Part shown: positions 18,802 through 27,746 of the stretch, piece after piece
How positions within the stretch are numbered: position 1 is the stretch's first letter
How the letters are laid out: each line of letters opens with the position of its first letter
Assembly: GCA_021107705.1 (NCBI GenBank)
Contig: JAIOSJ010000129.1
Location: 7,754 to 71,753 of the forward strand
Direction: 5' to 3'
Length of the DNA stretch: 64,000 nt
Origin: Thermoanaerobaculales bacterium
Lineage (GTDB): Bacteria; Acidobacteriota; Thermoanaerobaculia; Thermoanaerobaculales; Sulfomarinibacteraceae
Notes under the pieces: model-generated
Seen by the model: only the letters and a program-made list of their open reading frames with translations
The model's database searches: none
Told to the model about the DNA's origin: nothing
Translations under genes and position numbers: made by a program

Positions 18802-20526
18802 ATGCATTTTCTTCGCTGTGTCATCTCGTGTCTCGCGATCGTCGGAGTTGTGGTCCCCCCTGCCTTCGCACTTGACGCCGAAAAGGAAAATCCTGCTTGG
18901 GTCGGCGGCCTGAGCCCAGTTGAAGACAGCGGCGTCACATCTGTCAATATCGATGTCTTCGTCCGCCGAAAGGACGATAGTCCGGTGGTCGGACTGACGC
19001 GCGATCAGTTCCGGGTCTTCCAGGACAACGTGGAAATACCGATCACAAGTTTCTCCGCCTTCACCCAGGAATCCCTCGTCCGCAAAAGGCCTCACCCCGA
19101 ACTCGACGAAACCACCATAAATACCGCCGAGGAGACGGCCACACACGCGGAGGAAGCAAATCCGATCTACATCGTCTTGTACATCGACAACGCCAATCTC
19201 CGCCGCATGGACCGCAACCGGGTTCTACGCCCAATGGAGCGCTTTTCCGAGTCTGTGCTCGCGGGACCTGTGCATATCATGGTCGTCAGCCACGATCAGT
19301 CCGTCAATATCGTGCAACCGTTCACCGACGTTCCCCGGGAAGTCGTCCATGCCCTGAGATATTTGCGCACCACCGAAACCCTGCTCGAAGATTACGAGCG
19401 CGAGCATTCGGATATCCAGCGTGCAATCAGACGCTCCATCAAAAACAGAAACAAGACCAGCGGTGCGCGCAATCAGGTCGTGTCGGAACTCTTCGACAAG
19501 ATCCGCCTCTTTGCGGACCAGGAAGAGGCCCGCCTTGCGCAGAACCTTCAGGCGATCCACGAAATCGGTACGACGTTAACGGGAATCAACGGTCGTAAGT
19601 ACCTGGTGTATGTCTCGAATGGTTTACCGTTGGTCGTCAGCAAGGATCTCCTTCACGAATTCTCCGGCCTCGACGCACGGATGTCCTCGGTTTCCTTGTC
19701 CATTCCTTTCAACAAAAGACGGTACTACGATTCCCTGGCCGCAACGGCCAACGCCCAAGAGATCACCATTCACGCCATTGACGCCACGGGTCCCTTCTCC
19801 ATATCCGCGAGTATCGGTGATTCCGAGTCGCCGAAGAGTACCCAGGCGGCGACTGTCGCCCACGAGAACCACCTGGTGCCGTTGCGAGGATTGACGAAAA
19901 AGACCGGCGGCCTGGCGGTGATCAACGAGGATGATTTCGACGCCGGCTTCAATCGCATCAAGGCCGACCTCATGACCTATTACTCGATCGGCTACGACAT
20001 CGAAACATCCGGCAAGGACAAAGTTCACAGCATCGATGTCACGCTTGACGACGATGCTGGACACGAACTCCGTTTTCGCCGCGCTTTCATCGAGAAATCC
20101 CTGAAGTCCAAAATCCAGGAAAGGGTCAACGCGAGTCTTTTCTTCGCTATCGACGACAACCCAATGGGCCTCGTGGTCACGCCCGGCGCTCAGAAGCCGG
20201 CGACCACGGATCGGTGGATGAAGCCCTTTACGATCTCGATCCCGATACATTCGCTCGCCCTGGTTGCCGACGGCGACGACTATGTCGGCAAGGCCATCGT
20301 TTTCGTTGCGACCCGGGATTTTGAAGGCAGGAGTACCGACATCCAACGCCGCAACCATGAGTTCACAGTGCCGGTGAGCGACTATGAGAAACGACGGGAC
20401 GAACATTTCTTCGTCGATCTCAATCTCCTGCTCAAAAAGGGTCGCCATCAGATGGTCGTCGGAGTCTTCGACGAGACGACCCGAAGAGCCTCATACCAGA
20501 AGATGGAAGCGACCATCTATGACTGA
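18802..20526 (+). CDS. Secreted VWA-domain protein of the Acidobacteria-type VWFA-related family
   Basis: ATG 18802 lies in frame in track ORF 18667..20526 and gives the signal peptide MHFLRCVISCLAIVGVVVPPAFA. The protein reads FRVFQDNVEIPITSF, IYIVLYIDNANL, KYLVYVSNGLP, IHAIDATG and LMTYYSIGY. This resembles the TIGR03436-type architecture from memory. Confidence 0.65.
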   Translation: MHFLRCVISCLAIVGVVVPPAFALDAEKENPAWVGGLSPVEDSGVTSVNIDVFVRRKDDSPVVGLTRDQFRVFQDNVEIPITSFSAFTQESLVRKRPHPELDETTINTAEETATHAEEANPIYIVLYIDNANLRRMDRNRVLRPMERFSESVLAGPVHIMVVSHDQSVNIVQPFTDVPREVVHALRYLRTTETLLEDYEREHSDIQRAIRRSIKNRNKTSGARNQVVSELFDKIRLFADQEEARLAQNLQAIHEIGTTLTGINGRKYLVYVSNGLPLVVSKDLLHEFSGLDARMSSVSLSIPFNKRRYYDSLAATANAQEITIHAIDATGPFSISASIGDSESPKSTQAATVAHENHLVPLRGLTKKTGGLAVINEDDFDAGFNRIKADLMTYYSIGYDIETSGKDKVHSIDVTLDDDAGHELRFRRAFIEKSLKSKIQERVNASLFFAIDDNPMGLVVTPGAQKPATTDRWMKPFTISIPIHSLALVADGDDYVGKAIVFVATRDFEGRSTDIQRRNHEFTVPVSDYEKRRDEHFFVDLNLLLKKGRHQMVVGVFDETTRRASYQKMEATIYD

Positions 20527-20569
20527 TTCGGTGGTTCATTTTTCTCCGAGAAGGAGCAAAAATGGGCCA

Positions 20570-21235
20570 ATGAAAGACCATTGGCGGACCATCGACGACG
20601 AAGAGGTGGACGAGGGCACCATGCTGCTGATGCAGCGGGGTGAGAGCGATTTCGTGATCATGGTGGACCACCTCACCCTGATGACCTCAGAGTCCAACCT
20701 CAGCGAATTGGAACTTGGACGAGTTCCCTGTATGCGGCTTGAAAATCGAACGGACCCCCGGGTGCTGTTGGCCGGCCTGGGAATGGGCTACACCCTACGG
20801 GCCGCACTGGACGTCCTACCCTCCACCGCCCGGGTGGAGGTGGCCGAGATCAACACGGTGATCGCCTACTGGTGCCGTGGCCCGATGGCCATTCTCACCG
20901 ACTACGCGCTGGACGACTCGCGGGTGGATCTCTACTTCGAGGATGTCGCAAAGAGGATTCGCCTCGCCGCCGACGGCTCGGAGAGCTACGACGCCATCAT
21001 CCTTGATCTCTACCAGGGAACCTTCGAAGCCAACGATGACCCCGACCACCCGCACTACGGCCGCGCGGCCCTGGAGAGGACCCGCCGGGCTCTCACCCCG
21101 CGTGGGATCCTCGCGGTATGGACTGAGGAGACCGATCCGGGGTTCGAGGGGAGGCTGCGAGCGGTCGGCTTCGACTTCGAAACGCTCCGACCCGATCTCG
21201 AGGGGCCACAGCACGTGGTCTACCTGGCCTGGTAG
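20570..21235 (+). CDS. Spermidine synthase-like (aminopropyltransferase-fold) SAM-dependent enzyme, copy 2
   Basis: It reads MKDHWRTIDDEEVDEGTMLLMQRGESDFVIMVDHLTLMTS...PRVLLAGLGMGYTLRAALD...YDAIILDLYQG...LTPRGILAVW and aligns with copy 1 along its whole length. The start is uncertain: ATG 20519, overlapping the VWA stop, is also in frame. Confidence 0.7.
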   Translation: MKDHWRTIDDEEVDEGTMLLMQRGESDFVIMVDHLTLMTSESNLSELELGRVPCMRLENRTDPRVLLAGLGMGYTLRAALDVLPSTARVEVAEINTVIAYWCRGPMAILTDYALDDSRVDLYFEDVAKRIRLAADGSESYDAIILDLYQGTFEANDDPDHPHYGRAALERTRRALTPRGILAVWTEETDPGFEGRLRAVGFDFETLRPDLEGPQHVVYLAW

Positions 21236-21244
21236 CAGAAGCTG

Positions 21245-22381
21245 TCAGCGACGCAGGAGGGCCAGGGCTTCGACCTGTCGGGTCTGAGGCATCATGTCGA
21301 CGGCCTGAACCGTGACCAGCTCGAAACCGCCGTCGATGAGCATTGCGAGGTCTCGCGTGAGCGTGGCGGGGTCGCACGAGAGGTAGGCCAGGAGCCGTGC
21401 CGGTGAAGCGATAATCATCTCAAGGGCGAGAGGATCGGCGCCGACCCGCGAGGGGTTGAGGACAATGGCCTCGGGCTTCTCCGAACGCAGGCGCCGCAGC
21501 GCTCGGTGGATCGGACTGGCGAGGACCTCGACATTGTCCACCTGGGCCGCCTTGATTGTCGCTCGGGCGTCCGCCACCGAGCTCCTGACCCCTTCCACGC
21601 AGAGGACGCGACCAAAACGCCGTCGAAGGGCGAGACCGTGAGTCCCAACACCGGCATAGAGATCGACCAGGAGCTTGCCCGCGCCGAGGAACGCCGCCAT
21701 CCGCGAATGAACCTCAGGCAGAAGACCGAGGTTGACCTGGAAGAAGGATCCCGGGGAGACCCGCAGCGACAGACTGGCCGAGTCCACATAGACCTCGCGG
21801 ACGCCGAAGACCGGTTCGATGCGTCCCTTGATGACCTGGGCGCCGCCTCCGGGGTTGAGGTTGACGGCGATGCCGGCCACATGGGGGCAGGCCTCGACAA
21901 GAGCCTCGATGGGAAGGCGCGGCAGAGTCTCGTCCCTGACCACCAGCGTCAGGTGCTGGAGATTCGGGTCGCTGCCGCAACGCAGATCAATGTAACGCAG
22001 GGCGAAGGGGATTCGGATGGATGAGTTGAGCAGGCGTCGAATGCCGTGGGTAGTTTCGAGCAACTCCGGGACGAGGACACCGCAGTGTGGCGCATCGACG
22101 ACTTCCCGAGTCTGCCGTTGAAAGTAACCGAGCATGGATCGACGTTCTCTATCGGTGGATATCGCCATCTTGGCCCGGCTCCGATAGCCTTCAACCTGAG
22201 GTGACGGCAGAGTCGGCAGGATCTGGCGGGGCCGGTAACGCACCTTCTCCTCGAGCACATCCATGAGCCGGCGCCGCTTGCGCTCAAGCTGCACCCCATA
22301 GGGTTGGCACAACAAGGAGCAGGCGCCGCACTCTACGCGGTGGGGACAATCGACTATTCGGTCTGCTACGGCTGTCATCAT
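21245..22381 (-). CDS. RumA/RlmD-TrmA family (uracil-C5) RNA methyltransferase with N-terminal Fe-S Cys cluster
   Basis: Start taken at the MMTAVADR ATG (22381) inside track ORF 21245..22441. The protein reads CPHRVECGACSLL, GSFFQVN, LVDLYAGVGTHGL, VLNPSRVGA, YLSCDPATLTRDL and QAVDMMPQTRQVE. Confidence 0.8.
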   Translation of the reverse strand: MMTAVADRIVDCPHRVECGACSLLCQPYGVQLERKRRRLMDVLEEKVRYRPRQILPTLPSPQVEGYRSRAKMAISTDRERRSMLGYFQRQTREVVDAPHCGVLVPELLETTHGIRRLLNSSIRIPFALRYIDLRCGSDPNLQHLTLVVRDETLPRLPIEALVEACPHVAGIAVNLNPGGGAQVIKGRIEPVFGVREVYVDSASLSLRVSPGSFFQVNLGLLPEVHSRMAAFLGAGKLLVDLYAGVGTHGLALRRRFGRVLCVEGVRSSVADARATIKAAQVDNVEVLASPIHRALRRLRSEKPEAIVLNPSRVGADPLALEMIIASPARLLAYLSCDPATLTRDLAMLIDGGFELVTVQAVDMMPQTRQVEALALLRR

Positions 22382-22635
22382 CGTCGTCCAGCGTAACCTA
22401 TTCCGTGTCCCCGCGCTGCCATTCACCGGGTTCAGGTACACTGGCTACTCGCCCGCTGTGGTCGGTCTGGTTCAAAATTCCAGATCGTCCGCATCGACCT
22501 TTTCATCGAGATAGACGCAACAGGGCCCATCTGTCAGCCGCAGTAAACGACCATCCCCACGGATCCAGACGCCGAACCGAACCGCGCGGATTCGGGGACA
22601 GTCGTCCTGCCGGTGGCCCGGGAGGTGACTCAGAG

Positions 22636-22848
22636 ATGGCACGAAACTCCGGAGCATACAAGTTCGAGAAGCGACGTAAAGAACTGGAAAAAAAGAAGAA
22701 AAAAGAACAGAAGAGGTTGGCGAGACAGGCTCGCAAGGAAGGTGATGAGGGCGCCGACGAACAGGCTGAGGGCGCCGACGAACAGGCTGAGGGCGCCGAC
22801 GAACAGGCTGAGGGCGCCGACGAGGGCGTCACAGACAGCGAAGACTGA
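22636..22848 (+). CDS. Small (70-aa) Lys/Glu-rich protein with an acidic tandem-repeat tail
   Basis: GGAGGTG lies 8 nt before ATG 22636. The protein is MARNSGAYKFEKRRKELEKKKKKEQKRLARQARKEGDEGADEQAEGADEQAEGADEQAEGADEGVTDSED. I recognise no family. Confidence 0.5.
   Translation: MARNSGAYKFEKRRKELEKKKKKEQKRLARQARKEGDEGADEQAEGADEQAEGADEQAEGADEGVTDSED
22747..22824 (+). repeat. Perfect 21-bp tandem repeat, 3 full copies plus a partial one (GAGGGCGCCGACGAACAGGCT)
   Basis: Read directly at 22747-22767, 22768-22788 and 22789-22809, then 15 nt of a fourth copy. It encodes (EGADEQA)x3 in the small ORF. Confidence 0.9.
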
Positions 22849-22865
22849 AACCGACAGCGGCTCCT

Positions 22866-23047
22866 TAACCCGACTTTCTCACCAATCTTCTACTGCGGTC
22901 GGGGATGCACCGTACCCAGCGACGTTTTCTCGCTTCGGGATGCTCGACGGACTGTCGAGTACGACTCCGCGTCCCTCAGGTCGAAAACACCACTGAGCAC
23001 AGCACCTCCCCGCCCTCGCGACGAACCTTGGTGAGAAGTGCAGGCTA
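22866..23047 (-). mobile_element. MITE copy c (182 bp including flanking TA), inverted relative to copy d
   Basis: The sequence is TA-ACCCGACTTTCTCACCAA...TTGGTGAGAAGTGCAGGC-TA. Its reverse complement aligns to copy d over the full length with 15 substitutions and no indel (hand alignment). Confidence 0.8.
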
Positions 23048-23077
23048 ATCTCTAAACTGGACAGTCTGGATTGCTGA

Positions 23078-24400
<1,323 letters not shown>

Positions 24401-24636
24401 GAACACAATTCTTTCTCGAGATGCACCAATCCCAAGGCGGGGATGCACCGCGTACAATTCCGGCTGGATTGGGAACGGGAGACTTGCCGGGGAGGCTGCC
24501 GTCCGGGTCCGAACGGACCCTGCGGGTTGTGGCCTCTGCAGCCCAACACAGTGATCCAGCTTGCAGAAGCTGCGACAGCCTCTCATGTGTTCCGACGAAA
24601 GGCAAGCATTATCTTTGTGGAAAAGGGGACAAAGGG

Positions 24637-24663
24637 TTGACATCGGGTGATTTGTGGTATATT
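24637..24663 (+). promoter_or_regulatory. Sigma70-like promoter for the RRM-protein gene (TTGACA, 15-nt spacer, TGgTATATT extended -10)
   Basis: TTGACA at 24637-24642 and TATATT at 24658-24663, preceded by TGG. This would give a ~115-nt 5' UTR containing the palindrome ATTGGCCAAT (24676-24685). Confidence 0.5.
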
Positions 24664-24784
24664 TCGTGCTCTATGATTGGCCAATGTGGTTGATCTCCGT
24701 GTCGGTGGGCAGGCGGCCCACCCCAATTTGACTACAGGAGCCGACCTCTCGGAGGCAGCGGTTCCGGGAGACGAGAAGAGAGAT

Positions 24785-25138
<354 letters not shown>

Positions 25139-25157
25139 TCGGGTTTCCCGCTTACTC

Positions 25158-25186
25158 AAACCCCTCCTCCACGGAGGGGTTTTTTT
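25158..25186 (+). terminator. Rho-independent terminator after the RRM-protein gene
   Basis: AAACCCCTCC-tccac-GGAGGGGTTT is followed by a T-run extending to 25186, 20 nt after the TAA. Confidence 0.8.
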
Positions 25187-25235
25187 CGAATAGGGCGTCC
25201 GTTATTTCCGCCATGGTTGAAGGTGCAGGCCGACC

Positions 25236-27365
25236 CTACGACCCGTCGGTTGACCAGGCCGAGACATCCCCGTTTTCGAAGCCGTCCACGAAGATCGGCG
25301 GCCCGACCCAGGTCGTGAATTCAAAGACCTCGCTGTCGGGACCATCGCCGCAAGGGTTAACCGAACGTACCCGCCAAAAATAACGAGTCAACGAGTCCAG
25401 GGCAGTCGCCGGCGTGTGGAAAGCGTTCTGGGAGAACGCGGAGTAGACGACATTGGACATGGCCGAGTCGGTGGCCACTTCAACCGTGAATCCTGCCGCT
25501 CCCGGCGCCTCGCTCCAACTCAAGATAGGCGCCGGCGCAACACCATTTGCGCCGTCGGCAGGTTCGGTCAAGCTCGCCGCACTCGGGACACCTTCGAAGA
25601 TCATCAGTTCAAGATTCGCATCGTCGCTCGACCCACTCGGGCTGGACAGACCGGAGACAACGACGGAGTACGTTCCCGCCACAGCCACATCGGTCGTGGT
25701 AATCGTCAGGGTCGATACCGCGGGGGGCGTGACGACGCCCGGCAAAAAATTCCCGCCGGTTCCCTCTGGCCAGCCGCCGGCCCCCAGCGTGATGGGCTCC
25801 GAGAAGCCGCTGAGAGTCTGGACCGAAACCTCGACCGGGTGAGAACCCGGCGCGGCACAGACTTCCAGGACCTCGGGCGTCACATTCAGGCTGAAGTCCA
25901 GCAGAAAACTGATGGCCGCCGATGCGTCGATCCGCCCCCAACCGTAGACGTTGTTGGGTACGGCGTCGCCGGCGTCATCACCGCAGCCCTGGGTCGTCGT
26001 CAAGGGCACGGCACTTTGCTGGATCACCGTCTCCACGCCGTCGATGTCGCCGGTCATATCCGGCCTGGCCGAGAGGATCAGCGCGACCAAGCCCGCGACA
26101 TGCGGCCCGGCCATACTCGTACCGTTCTTGCTTCCGTAACCCCCGTCCACCGTACTGGAGCGGATGTTGAGCCCGGGGGCCGAGATGTCGGGCTTGAGCA
26201 GAGTCTCACCATCAATGATGATTACCGGGCCGCGGCTGGAGAAATACGCGATGTTGTCGTCGATCTTCGTGGCCCCGACCGAGAAGCTCTCGTCGTAGAT
26301 CGCCGCCGGGTCCCTGATCGTCGAGCAGCCCGATCCGTCGTTGCCGGCGGAGTGAACGGTGACGATGCCGGCGGCCCGAACCGCCTGAACGACGCTGAGC
26401 AGAATGTTGGGGTCATCACAGCCCTCGCTGGGGGGACAGCCCCACGAATTGTTGATGACATCCGGCGCCTTGGTCACGTCGGGGTTTTCGTCGTTCAAAT
26501 CAGTCGGTTCGATGAAGAATTGGTAACACTCGGCGTAGGTGATCGGCGTCCCGGCGCCGGCGTCGTTCATGTTGCGGCAACCGATCCACCGAGCCCCAGG
26601 CGCCATGCCGACCTGATTGCCCAGTCCATCGTCACCGATGATCGTGCCCATCGTGTGGGTGCCGTGGCCGTGGCCATCGCAGGGTTCGGGTGAGTCGATG
26701 CCGCAGGCGCCTCCGTCAGACTCATGGATCGCATCGTGCCAGTTGTAGGCGTGGTCTCCCGGTCCGCCCCGATAGGCGTTGACCAGAGCCGGGTGTTCCC
26801 AGAAGTATCCGGTGTCCTGCCCGGCGACGACGGCGTCCTCACCGTCGATACCCAGAGCCCAGACGTCGTCCGCACCAACGAGAGCGATGTTCCACTCCAC
26901 GGCAGTGGCAGCCTTGGACTTGTCGGCCGGCGGAGCCTGCGGTCGTTCGTCCAATCGCACCGTCGGGTTGGCGTGGATGTGAAAGACGTCCTTTCGTTCT
27001 GCCATCCCCTGCACGACATCTACATCGCCGCGGACCCAGATCATGTTGCTGATCCAATAGGCGCGGTGTTCCACGCCCAGAGCCTTCAAACTGTCCAAAA
27101 CCGGACGTTGGGTCTCGGCGGCAGTCTTTCGGAGCGCATCGACGACAAAGCGTCCCTTTTCGACCTTTGTCGGCAGAAGCGCCGCGCCAGAGAGATCCGC
27201 TTGTTCGGACAGAAAAACGATGAACTCGGTTCCGACGCCGAATCGGGCCTTATCCAAGACCCAGGGATCGACCTTGGCTCGCCACTGATCCGGGGCCGCC
27301 CCCATCGCGGCCCATGCAGCCAACATCATAAGACCAAAGGCACATACACTTTGACGAAAACGCAT
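25236..27365 (-). CDS. Secreted subtilisin-family (S8) serine protease with C-terminal beta-sandwich (FN3/Ig-like) domains
   Basis: The signal peptide is MRFRQSVCAFGLMMLAAWAAMGA. The catalytic triad context reads VVAGQDTGY (Asp), HGHGTHTMGT (His), NGTSMAGPHVAG (Ser), with NNSWG. TTG 27368 is an alternative start. Confidence 0.85.
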   Translation of the reverse strand: MRFRQSVCAFGLMMLAAWAAMGAAPDQWRAKVDPWVLDKARFGVGTEFIVFLSEQADLSGAALLPTKVEKGRFVVDALRKTAAETQRPVLDSLKALGVEHRAYWISNMIWVRGDVDVVQGMAERKDVFHIHANPTVRLDERPQAPPADKSKAATAVEWNIALVGADDVWALGIDGEDAVVAGQDTGYFWEHPALVNAYRGGPGDHAYNWHDAIHESDGGACGIDSPEPCDGHGHGTHTMGTIIGDDGLGNQVGMAPGARWIGCRNMNDAGAGTPITYAECYQFFIEPTDLNDENPDVTKAPDVINNSWGCPPSEGCDDPNILLSVVQAVRAAGIVTVHSAGNDGSGCSTIRDPAAIYDESFSVGATKIDDNIAYFSSRGPVIIIDGETLLKPDISAPGLNIRSSTVDGGYGSKNGTSMAGPHVAGLVALILSARPDMTGDIDGVETVIQQSAVPLTTTQGCGDDAGDAVPNNVYGWGRIDASAAISFLLDFSLNVTPEVLEVCAAPGSHPVEVSVQTLSGFSEPITLGAGGWPEGTGGNFLPGVVTPPAVSTLTITTTDVAVAGTYSVVVSGLSSPSGSSDDANLELMIFEGVPSAASLTEPADGANGVAPAPILSWSEAPGAAGFTVEVATDSAMSNVVYSAFSQNAFHTPATALDSLTRYFWRVRSVNPCGDGPDSEVFEFTTWVGPPIFVDGFENGDVSAWSTDGS

Positions 27366-27438
27366 CAAGCTCCATCCGCCGTCATGAGCGACGACAAATC
27401 CACTGTAGCAGGAACGGGAACGGCCAGGCTCCGAACAT

Positions 27439-27548
27439 CGACCTCTTTGACCCTTTTGACCTTTTCGATTTCATCGACCCTCAAAGACTTCTATTGATTC
27501 ATTTTTGCGCCTTTTTGTGGCTATTTCTTCGATCCGTGCAAAGGCTAA
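27439..27548 (+). repeat. T-tract/TTGACC array, copy B1 (AT-rich intergenic repeat family)
   Basis: CGACCTCTTTGACCCTTTTGACCTTTTCGATTTC...TTCATTTTTGCGCCTTTTTGTGGCTATTTCTTCGATCCGTGCAAAGGCTA shares a ~50-nt core with 34801-34850 and 43070-43126. It lies in the divergent region between the protease and nuclease genes. Confidence 0.75.
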
Positions 27549-27746
27549 GTTCCTACCTCAACTCTTCGAGCTTCTCCCGGACCCTGTCGGCATGGCCCCT
27601 GGTCCGTAAATTCCGGGGCCTTATGTCCGACTTCAATCGTCATGGTGCTCTCCTCCTGAGCTGGTACCACACGGACGACCGACATTAGTCCCCCCGTCCC
27701 TCTGCCCCACACGCGACTGAGGTATCATGTCGTGCGGAGGCCGCCC

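Noticed and set aside
25416-26693. 425-aa plus-strand ORF
   Set aside because: It is antisense to the S8 protease, which has an unambiguous catalytic triad context.
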